Source: Gekko japonicus (taxonomy: Eukaryota). Taken from it: a stretch of 64,000 nucleotides of DNA. The stretch is taken from NCBI RefSeq assembly GCF_001447785.1, contig NW_015163125.1, positions 256,344 through 320,343 on the forward strand. Direction: 5' to 3'. This document shows positions 24,001 to 36,000 of this stretch, in pieces (the stretch's first letter is position 1; every line of letters begins with the position of its first letter). The position numbers and the translations under genes were made by a program. A model generated the notes under the pieces. The model was not told the origin of the DNA, made no database searches, and saw only the letters and a list, made by a program, of their open reading frames with translations.

Positions 24001-27000
24001 AAGGATGATCAAGAAGAAGGTAACCTGTTAGTCTGCAGTCATGTGCAAAATGCATATGTTCAGTTTTTGCAATAGAGGTTTTTCTCTTCTGCAATCCTCG
24101 CCTCGTACTTAAATTTCCTTATACCCTTTTATGTTCAGCAGACTGGATGTTTTATTGACAGCAAAATTGGGGTGCTTTGCTAAAAGCCCGTTCTTGGACA
24201 ATTTTTGCTGTTGATTCTGATGCAATAGAGAAGTTATGTTATTTTGTCATCAGGGGATGATACTCAGATCTTTGGATCATGCCTGTCTTGATCACATACC
24301 AGCTTTCTGCTGAGCCCTGGGTGTTAACTTTTCTGTTGACAGATAGTGATCCAGTATCCTGCATTGGGCAGGGGGTTGGACTAGATGGTCTGTATGGCCC
24401 CTTCCAACTCTGTGATTCTATGATTCTATCCTCTGATCATAAGAGCTTATTAATAAAAGGAAGAGGGAATTAGTAGAAAAACACATGCAGTCTTGTGCAA
24501 GATCTTGCTTTTTTAGTCAAAGAGCTTGCGCAAGAAGGGAGGAATGTTTTGTGCTATTTCCCCCAGAAATGTCAGCCCTCTGTGCTGGTATCCTACGTAC
24601 TCCTTGGGGGTCCCCCAGTCATCAAGAGTAGTTTGAGAACTGCTGTTCAGGAACAGTGTAGAGATGTATTTCCTGACCTTGTAAACAGTACATTTCATTA
24701 GATCTAGTCCTTTATTTTGTGTCAGTTGTTACCGTTTCATTTAAGAAGGATAAATCATATATACTGTGTTAATCTTAGCATTCATTGGTAGTAAGGTGGG
24801 AAAGAATGCTAGTTGAAAACTTTAACACAGCTATAAAAATAGACTGTGGAATATCGTCCAAATATATAAATAAATTATCTTTACCTTCAAATGTTAAAAG
24901 GTTCGTATTGATCACACTACTCGAACTCTGAGTTTTGGATCAGATTTGAATTACTGCACTCGGGAAGATGCTCCTCTTGGACCACAGCTGCAAAGCATGC
25001 CTTCTGAGCAGATCAGGAACCAGTTGACTGCTATGTCTTCTGCCCTTGCAAAGGCTCTTGAAGTGATTAAACCACCTCACCTGTTGGTAAGTCATTAGAA
25101 TTTGGAATACCTTTGAAAGTCTTGTGAGAAATGGTTTGGTATTCTTGGTCATCTCAGTAGTTCTTGTATTTGCTTTTGTTACTTTGCCTGGCATTGAAAC
25201 TTCAGTTGGTTCATTCTATTTCATTGTATCTTTGATTCACTCTTTTCTTTTTGAGAAACTGCAGCAATTTCTTTCAAGCTAGGAAGGAAAAAGTAGAGAA
25301 GGGTGTGGGAGCAAGTAAGAGGGATAGTTTTAAATCTTTGTATATAGTCCCACTCTGTGAAAATATTGCCAGTGATGTCAATAAGAGATGGTGCTGCTTC
25401 TCATTTTTAAAGCTGCCGTGGTAAACACTGTTCAGCTACGTTTAAATTAACCTTTCAAGCAACTTTTATTTAGAGAACAGTTTTTTGTTTAAGTCTTACT
25501 GAATGTCATGAGAAATCTTGTTGCCCTCCAGTTTTCACACCCTATATGTTACTGCATCATTGTTTGGTCCTCTTCAGTTCCTGTATATGTGTTGTCATGA
25601 GAGCCAAATGTTAAGAGTTGTGTTGTCCATGTTAAAGACTGCTTAGTATTTCCTATGTATGTATTTGTGGTGTTCTTCTAAACAGCTGTGCATTGCAACA
25701 TTTGTTTGGAATAATTGTTCAACTATATTAATTAATCCTATGCAGATTTACTCATTCTAAACCCATTTATTTCTGTGACTGGAATACCTCATCTCAGGAT
25801 TGCAACGCAACAAAAAAAAAATGCAATAGTACTTCTTTGAATTTCAGCCGTGCTTTCACCTCTCATAATATATACATTTTAAAGGTGTTTTTGCTGTGCT
25901 TTTTAATCTTAGCTAGAGAAGGAAGAGCAACATCAACAGGCTGTTACAGCTTACTTAAAAAATTCAAAGAAAGAACATCAGCGTATCCTTGCTCGACGTC
26001 AGACTATAGAGGAAAGAAAGGAACGCCTTGAGAATTTGAATATTCAGCGTGAAAAAGAAGAGATGGAACAGCGTGAAGCTGAACTTCAGAAGGTTCGCAA
26101 AGCTGAGGAGGAGAGACTGCGGCAGGAGGCAAAAGAGAGAGAAAAGGAGCGCATTCTGCAGGAACATGAACAAATTAAAAAGAAAACTGTTCGTGAACGG
26201 CTGGAGCAGATTAAGAAGACTGAACTGGGAGCCAAGGCCTTCAAAGATATTGATATTGAAGTAAGAAAATTATTGATTATCCTCCAGAATGTGCAGATGA
26301 CTTTAATTTTAATTTGTTCATCAACTAAGGACTATTTTGCAGAATGTATGAAGCTGACATATTGTTAGGTCATCTTAACTTAGTAGAATCTATGCTTTCA
26401 GAGGACCTCTAATAGAGAGCTTTTCCACACCTGCTACTTGAGATACTTTTAACTGGGGGTGGGTGGGGGTAGAGCACTAGGAACTGAATTTCAGGCCTTC
26501 ATGTAGCACTGTACTTTACTGCTGAGTTTTAATCCCATCACAGAAGTCCCTTGCAAGTCAAGTTATGCCAACCACACAAGTCAGCTAGAATTCTATATTA
26601 AAAAACAATACACAATTAAAAACTCAGCCAAACNNNNNNNNNNNNNNNNNNNNNNNNNNNNNNNNNNNNATCCTTTTTGAATGCAGCAAGTAAAGGTACC
26701 TCTGCACCTACTCTTATAGGCCATTCCAAAAGAATGGACCGCTCACAGAGAACACCTGTAACTTAACTATTGCTATATTTATGCTTTTAGGTAAAGGTAC
26801 CACAAGGTGAGGAACATTAATGGCACATGGGAATATATATGTATACTGCCTGAGAGCCAGTTTGGTATAGTGGTTAAGTGTGCGGACTCTAATGTGGGAG
26901 AACCGGATTTGATTCCCCACTCCTCCACTTGCAGCTGCTGGATGACCTTGGGCAAGCCATAGTTCTGTCAGAGGTGTTCTTGAGAGAGCAGATCTTTCAG

Positions 27001-30000
27001 AGCTCTCTCAGCCCCACTCACCTCACAGGGTGTCTGTTGTGAGGAGGGGAAGGGAAAGAAGTTTGTAGGCCACTCTTGAGACTCTGAGTGAAGGGCGTGG
27101 TATAAATCCAATCACTTCACTTCTGTGTTGATACATCTTGTAGCTATAGGGTTTGGGGCGGGGGTGCTTATCAGTCCAGTTGAAATGTGCAAGGTGCCAA
27201 GAAAAATTCCAGTGTTTCTATATATATTTTTTCTTCAGTGGAAACCCAAAGTGGCTTACAACACTGTTCTCACCTTCTCCATCTCTTCCCTGCAACAATA
27301 GTTGTGTGAGATAGATTAGGCTGAGAGAGGGACTGGCCCAAGCTTGCCCAGCAACCTTCTAAGGCAGAATGGAGATTCAAACCCGGATATTCCAGTATTA
27401 TATAAATATTTTACAAAATGATAACACCCAGTGACATTTACAATTTCAATAAATATTTCATTACAGTGTATTAATTGGGAGAAAACAGCATTATTTTTAT
27501 TCTTCAACATTTAATTTCTGATTTAGGATCTTGAAGAATTGGATCCAGATTTCATTATGGCAAAACAGGTTGAACAGCTGGAGAAAGAAAAAAAGGAACT
27601 TCAAGAGCGTCTGAAGAATCAGGAGAAAAAGGTATTTTTAAAAAGACTATTTAAAAAGGTATTTTTAAAAAGGTTAAGAAGATGCGGAAAAGATATTTTT
27701 TTTGTTTCTTTACATTTCAGCCTGAGTAATGTAATACTATGCTTTTGTTTAGATTGACTATTTTGAAAGAGCAAAGCGTTTAGAAGAAATCCCCCTAATT
27801 AAGAGTGCCTATGAAGAACAAAGAGTCAGAGATATGGAGCTTTGGGAGCAGCAAGAAGAAGAGAGGGTGAGGTTTTGAAGGAAGAGTCTTTGGTTTGAGA
27901 AGCAAGTTGCGGTTAATGTGTTCTCTCTGTTGGTCTGAATAAATGAGACTATCAGTGTATAACAATTTTATTTGTCCCACTGGTCAGCCTTATTATTAGA
28001 ATTTTTTGTTTCAAGTATTGATGACAAAATTTTGAACTGTGAAGAGTGAATGACTTCTGCATATATTGAGTTGATCCTATGAATCCATTCCCTTAGTAGC
28101 AACACTTTTTTGGCGCAAGGAGCTTTCCACCCAGTCATGATTTTTATTTGCTGGCAGAAGACTCCTTGCACCATGGAAAAAAGAACCCCGTTAATGGAGC
28201 AGATCCATGCCAATATATTCAGACAATCTCAATCTCTGTTTGATTTCCAAATTGTGTCATTTTAATGCTTTGCAGTATTCATGGTTGGGCAGTCTTGGAT
28301 TTTATTTACTTTAAAACTGGAAGCCGCTATTTTCACTGTAACAGATGTGATCTAAATACATCTATAGCCTTAGCATATAGAAAATGAATTCGTATGTAAT
28401 ACTAGGCTTCTCTGGTATGTTGTTCCAAAGTGCAACTGGTCACTAATTTCTAAATGAGGTAGGGGAAAGAGGCCTATGGAACCAGGAAAGGTACAAATGA
28501 TGTTTTGGATAAGTCATATTTTAGTGTAACTGGCTTTGTTTTGCATATGTTACAGATTACAACCATGCAGTTGGAGCGTGAAAAGGCCCTTGAGCATAAA
28601 GGCAGACTGTCAAGGATGCTGGAGGAGAGAGATTTATTTGAAGCTAGGCTCAAGGCAGCAAGGAAATCTGTTTATGAGGTAAATCTACAGCCCATGTTTG
28701 AGATTGCAGTTTGAGATGATGAATTGAGTTTTTCTAGAAGACTGAGTGAGGTGGTATGGAGCCTCCCTCCCTTTCTTCTGTTATGTTTGTGTTGTGCGTA
28801 TTCCAAGAGCATCAGCAGAGAGGATGTGGGAGGTGTCTGATATACAAACTGTTTGTTTTGCTAATAGTTTTACTAATAGTATAATACTATTATACTAATA
28901 GTATAATAGTTAATTAGCTCTTCCTAAGGATTCAGGGTAGAATTAATGGGGTTATTTTACTTTTTTAAATTTACTTTAATCTGCCTTTCTCATGGAGACT
29001 CAAGGCAGGTTACATAGTATAAGTCAGTGCAGTCAGTAGGATGAGACATTTAATAAGCATCATAATAGGATTAGGATAACAGAATCTGGTACAAAGCATA
29101 AAGTATTAGACATATGTTACACAGTGCAGAACATGGTGTTCTCTAAGTATAAAACAATGCAGTGAGAGCGGGATAAAATACTGCTGAACACAGCAGTATA
29201 GTTCACAGTCCTGTTTTCTCTTCAGAAATGCCAGGCAGTTGCTTCTGAACTCTTAAAATCATAATGTTTTATAACTATGCTCTCAGGAGGAGTGAGACTT
29301 GCACTGCTGCTGTGTTCATAAAGATGTAAAATTTCTGGACATTTTGAAGTAATGGGAAACAACTGTTCTCCCTTCCCCTTGGAAAAAAAACGAACTTTGA
29401 GAAAAATTGAAATTTATTCATTAATATATGGAATACCTACTGTCCTGTCAAACCAAAACTAATTTTACTACTTTAACAACGTAAAATGCATCATTGATAA
29501 CTTAGCATATAGATTTGTAACATTTAAAATGTTTATGGAATTTCAAAGTTACAAATTCCATCGTTTTCTACAATCAAAATCGCAAATGTACCAGTTACTT
29601 GAGAGAAAACTGGGCAAGGGCCTTTCAAGACAAGTGAGAAGTAGATGTGATTTGCCATTGCCTTCCTCTGCAGAGTTGTCTGCAGCGATCTCCCGTCCAA
29701 GTACTGAACCTGCTTAGCTTCTGAGATCTGACAAGGTCAGGCTATGCCATGCTGCTTTCCCTCCCTTGGAGTATTAGGGATGATCCAATTTTCAACACGA
29801 ATGAGTTTGCCAGGTGAAGTTGCCATAATGGATGGTGGCATTTCTGGTGAGCCTATCCCAGAATTAAAGATATAAAATATATGCACAGGCTCGTAGCTAC
29901 AGTGGGGCATTTTGGGGCCCTGCCCCTTAATTAAAAGCCATGCCCCCAAAATAGCCATGCCAGAAATCTTATTTTTGAGGAGACACCCCCTGCTGCTGAC

Positions 30001-33000
30001 AGCAGCCTGGGTGAGAGCACCGTGGCTTGCCCTCGGGCTTTCCTCCCCCTCCCACTGTGGAATGGGGGGGGCATCATGAGCAATGCTCCCTCTAAGCTGT
30101 GGAGTCTTGTGAGCAAAAATTCTACTTTATGAGCTACTGGCATTAAAGCGATTTGGCTACTGCATAAATTAGTTTGCTCTGGAACCATCCCTCCCGAGCT
30201 AAGATAAAAATGTGTGAGCCGGAAGCTAAAAAACTGTGAGCTAGCTCACATCAATTCAGCTTAGAGGGAACACTGATCATGAGCCGTGGGAAAAGACAGC
30301 TCAGAGGGATTGTTGGAGATGCATTGAAGGTATCATTTTTTAGTGCCCCTGTAAGCTTTCTTGCCCTGTGGAAGGGAATTCAAAGGGCATTTAAATGCCC
30401 TCTAAGCCATTTTTTCTTAGGAACGGATGCGCTCGCTGCCCTGCCCCTTGAAAGGAAGGGTTAGAAACAGGCTCAGAGCCTCCCCCTTTAAAGACAGGCA
30501 TTCAGATTAATTTAATTAACTGTAATTTAACTGCCCGCTTAAAAGTTTAAATACCCCCCGAACAAAAAAATTCTGCCTACAGATCAGTGTATGTGATACT
30601 TCCTGTCCTATGAAACCTAAACTGATTTTACTGCTTTAACAACGTAACATGCATAATCTATAATTTAGCTTATAAAATTGCGATATTTGACATATTGATT
30701 GAATTTAAAAGTTACAAATGCCGTAGTTTTCTACAATCAAAATTGCACATGTAGCCACTATTTGAGAGGAAACTGCAAACTCATGCACCCTATGCTACCT
30801 TAGAACGTGAACCTTAGTTCCAGCTAGGTACCCTTCCCTCTTTGGCTACTATTCAGAGAGAGTTCAGTTCTTAACTCAGTGTTTTCCTCTGAGGCTTTGG
30901 TCCAGTTCCCCCCCCCCCCACTTCATTTTGATTTTTTCGCCTCCTGCAAGGTAGGGCAATAAGCTATGTGCCTGAGTGGTTTGTGGGAGAAATGAAAAGG
31001 TCAACCACAAGGGGAGAGTCCAGTCAAAAGGACAACAGAAGGCATTCAAAAGTCGAGAAGCAATGAAAGCCCTACATGCTCTCCTCGTGAAGATTAGGTA
31101 TCTTTCTGGGTGCAGAAAATGCATCTTGGGTTTAAGAGCTTTATATATCTACAGCAAGGCCACCTTGTCTTTAAAAGCATTTCATTCTAAAAGAGAATTT
31201 TTTTCAGTACTCCCCCAAATTTCCTATTTTTCCATTAGAAAAATTGAAAAAAGGTATTTCCCCCCAATTTTTCTATTCCCCCTCCCCCCGGGCCTTCACA
31301 TCTATAGGTGTTAACAGCTGAAAAAGTAAATCTTTTGGGGTTGCTGTGGTTCTTTTAATGCAGGATGGTAACCTAGAAAACAAGTACCTTCTTCCTCTTG
31401 TGCAGTGGTAAAAATTTAGCACTGATTTGTGAACAAGATCGTATGTGCAATTAATAAAATTGTTCATTACATACAAAAACTTTAGAATAATAGTTCTGTT
31501 GTATGTTAGCAAAGTATTCCTCTGTGATTTGATTCATATCGTACCCTCCGGTGTGGGTTGGTAACAGCTTACAGAGTACAAACAGCTTACAAGTATCCAA
31601 GATAGTGTCAGATTGAAGAGGTAAAATTAGCCCAGATAAAAAGGACTAATAACACTTCTGGGCAAAGCTCTGGCTTAAGTGAGACTGAAGACTAAATTAC
31701 ATGTAACACTAGTTAGGAAGTATATGCAGTTGTAGTTCCATGTACCAGTGCTTACTATGCAGTAATGAATTGCGTTAGAGGATATCCATGCAGTGCTCAG
31801 TCTCTGCCACGGTTATGCAGTGATGGCATATACAGTTGCCGTGTGATTTGGAGGCTCTACATCAATAGTACTCATTCTACTTCTTGTGGAGAGCCACATT
31901 TGTAATTGTGTTGCTGGTTTTTTTTGTCATCATGTCACACCTGACTTCTGGTGACCCAATAGGTTTTTCAAAGCAAGAGAAGTTCAGAGGTGCTTTGCCA
32001 TTGCCTGCTTCTGTGTCATGACCTTGGTCACCCACCCAAATACTAGCCGTGGCCAACCGTGCTTAGCTTCCCAGATCTGACATGGGATCAGGCTAGTCTG
32101 GGCTATCCAGGTCATGGCACATTTGTGACACCATCAACCAAAAGAGCCCAATTAATTTGGATTCTTGGCATGATGCCTGCACCTCAGGGAGGCTTGCAGC
32201 TTACCTGTTCCTCTGATGGTGGCTATTTCAAGATGGAAGCCATCTGTCAGCCACAAACCCCACCAGGCCAGGGCCTTGCCCACATTCCTGAAGAATGGGA
32301 CCAGTGGCACATTGAAGTACAATGCTCAGAAGAGCCACAGGTGGTATGTCAAAGAGCCACATATGGCTCCCAGTCCACTGATTGCATATCAGCACTCTGT
32401 GTGATAACCCTTGGGCTGAGTGGCTTCTACAAAGAGAGAGGTTCCTCTCCCTCAGCTGCTGCCACTTGGATGGAACAAATAGGTTAAAGGTGTTGCATGC
32501 GGTGGATAGGATATTTTCAAGGAGATCTTTATTTGTTGTCTCATTTTGTGGTTAGACAATGTCAGTAAGGAAAATTCTTGCTTGTAGATGTATGTGCTGT
32601 CAGAAGACATATCCAGTAAAAAAGTTTCTTCTTTCTCTGTTTTTTTCCAGAGTGCTGGGTGACTTTCATTAGCTAAATCTTCCAGCTAAGGAGTCACCAA
32701 GAATTCTGTCACTGCTAATTCAAAATGCTAATAGTAGTGAGGCCCATTAGAATTATGAGATGGGTACATAAATAATTTAAGAACATGAAAAAGTTTCTTT
32801 TTAGGTTTAAATTTTTAGGTTTAAAAGCTAGAAAGTAAATATTATCATACATACTACCACGCAAGATTTCTGCTTATAAACCTGGCACGTAGTTGCTCAG
32901 TGTAGAGAGACTCATCTGTAGCATGTAACCATGGTTGTTTGCTTTACAGCCTACTAGACTGTTTCTGTCGTGTTGCAAGAACACTGGGCTAATTGGTACA

Positions 33001-36000
33001 GGTGGCTAGATGCAGCCAAAACTAGAACGACCCCATGTAGTTAAAAGGCCCATGTTTGACCAATAGTCTATGCATTGCTTGTATGATTCCCAGAATTCTA
33101 GGGTTATATGCTGATATCTGTCTTTATAGATGCATTTACACCTATAAAATATTTTTTCAGGAAAAACTTAAACAATTTCAAGAAAGACTAGCAGAGGAAA
33201 GGCATAACCGTTTGGCGGAACGGAAGAGACAGCGCAAAGAGGAAAGACGTATTACTTATTACCAAGAGAAGGAGGAAGAAGAACAAAGACTGAAAGAGGA
33301 GAAGATGCTTAAAGGTAAACACCGACAAGCTGTAGCCAAAAAAAGTTATGTTTTCTCATAGTGATAGTGTTGCTTGTCTGGATAGGGATGTTCTGCAGTT
33401 GCTACTTGTGAAACAGAATTTACCACTTGTAAAAATCATATCAAATTTTACATGTATGACATGTTATCTGTATAAAAGTCTGGATCCTAACCTCTTCTGC
33501 AAGAGGAATGGTATTTGTTCGAATACAATCCAGAGTCAGCAGCTGTAGAGAAGTGGTAGACATATCACTGGTGATATCAGTAATGAAGAAGAGTTACCTG
33601 CATCGTTGTCTTGGCAGAACAAGAAGAGAAAGAACGTGTTGAACGTGAAAAACGTGAGCAAGAAATGCTTGAATATCAGGAACGAGTCAGAAAACTAGAA
33701 GAAGTGGAGAGGAAGAAACGCCAAAGAGAACTGGAGATTGAAGAGAGGGAGCGTCGTCGAGAGGAAGAGAGGAGAAATCTTGAAGATCCACTTTCAAGAA
33801 AGGTAAATGTTGTTTCTAGTAAACTGAACCCTTTTAACTATTTAGACACCTTTGGCTGTGCAGTAGAAAAATGACATAAAATAAAGAATATAAATTAAGA
33901 ACTCTCCCAGTTTAAGGGCTGAAATTTAAAATAGGATGAAAACAATAAAGCATAGTGTCTGTGCAGGTAATTTTTGTAAAAGTATAAACAGAAGCAGTTC
34001 TATATGTAAATAAGTATTTTTGGTTTTGTTAAATGTAGGAGTCTCGATGGGGAGACAGAGAGTCTGAAAGTACTTGGAGAAGAAGTACTGAGCCAGAGTC
34101 AGAATGGAGACGTCCAGCACCAGAAAGGTATCTATAGGAATAATGTTTAAACAGTTTACAAATTGTAGATATATCTCTTATGATTCTGTAATAATATGAA
34201 AGACTGAATAATGCTGAATGCAACAGATACAGACGTCCCTTTGGGTAAAAAAATTCCTCAGTTGACAATGTGTGCTTGTTCAGTAGTTATCACTGTTACA
34301 GGTTGCAAAAATTCTTGCGGTGTGTGTAGGGGTACAGTTTCTTCTATATTCACTTTTTTTACAATTATGATCATGACAGTGATCAATGATATTGAATGAT
34401 AGACTGCATTTAGTGGTTACAATGCTTTCAAGTCAAGCCACATGTCTGTCATAGACTTTTTCTGTCCTGGGCTTTGAGGACTAGAATATGTTTGGGTATG
34501 TCTTTTTCTTCTACCTTGCCTTCTGTCTTTTGTTTTCTTTTGTATTTTAAAGTATGCCATTTAATAACTTATATTTTTCCATTTTTCAAAAATCTCAAAG
34601 TGGCTAGAATGAGTGATGCCTGAGACCTATTAAATCAAATTCTACGACTTATGATCTTGATACCTTACAATTTTCACTGACGTAATTATCCAGTTACATT
34701 AAAATACAGGGACAAAAATAAGAAGTAGTTGGAAATTAAATGCAGGGGAAGAGAGACATATTGAAACATTGCTATGTCTTTTATATTAATATGGACATGA
34801 GCAAAATTGCTGAAGAGGATGCTTCTGTTGGGGCTTTCTGTGTGTATGTTGTGGGGGAACAAGTTCCTGTGTTCTCACGGCCTACTGGGACCCAAAAAGC
34901 TGTTCAGGATACGTCGTGGACCCTCCTCAGATACTTGGAGCTATTGTGAGCTGTGGTAATACTTGGCGCTACCTATGAGATTCCTTTAAAAACATAGCTG
35001 AAATCCTCACAACTCCTTCCCATAATGTACTAAAAAGGCAAACAAAGTTGTCCTCTGTGGTGATTAAATGTGTCTATTTCTGCATGTGTGATTTGAAACT
35101 GATTGGTTCTTCCTTCCCAACATGCTTGTGTGTACATGCAGCAAAATAGATGCATCTGCTTCCTGGCCTTCTATCTCAGACTTGGCAAGTCTTTAGAGAT
35201 CAAGGGATTGGCTCCAGAGGAGGATTTCTGCAAATGGGGATGGGTGATTTTTTATTCTTCTTTCCCACAGTGGACCTCTAACAATCCTTACATGCTGTCC
35301 CTGGAGGTCCATATCTTCCCAGCAAGTCATGCTTAGGAAATCTGCTATAAAATGATAAAGATTCCCCAACCTGAACTGCTCTATTCCAGTTGTAAGATGT
35401 GAGTGGGCCTTAGTGTTTGTGTATTAGGTAGTTTTGATATTATAAACTTTGTCTCCTTTTTGTTTAAAGTAATGGGGTAGGGAAACCATTAAAATGTTCA
35501 AATTAGACAGTGCTGCTGTGTTGAAACAATATACCAAGTAACTTTTAGACCACTGAAAACAAAACTTCTTTTGCATATACAATTTTCTTGTGCTTATTCA
35601 GAGAGTGGCGTCGTGGGGAAGCACGTGATGAAGAAAAACCTTTCAGGAAAGACGAAGCAACTCTACGTGGCACTCCAGAAGAAAGGGCATCATCCCCCAC
35701 TGAAGCACCAGAAGAAAAAGTCCTGAAGCATGATCCGGATGAAGAAAAAGGTCCTAAGAGAGCCCTGGATGATGACAAACCTAGTTGGCGCTCCATGGGT
35801 GATGACCGCGGCCCGAGGCGGGGGCTGGATGATGACCGGGGCCCGAGGCGGGGGCTGGATGATGACCGGGGCCCAAGGCGGGGGCTGGATGATGACCGGG
35901 GCCCAAGGCGGGGGCTGGATGATGACCGGGGCCCGAGGCGGGGGCTGGATGATGACCGAGCAAGTTGGCGCAGCGCAGATGATGAGAAGGGCCCCAGGCG

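Larger units (their letters stand above)
29319..31306. mobile_element. Non-autonomous hAT element with nested insertions
   Basis: Ends TAAAGATGTAAA / TTCACATCTATA, imperfect TSD TGTGTTCA/GGTGTTAA; both ends homologous to 43770-46598. Confidence 0.65.
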
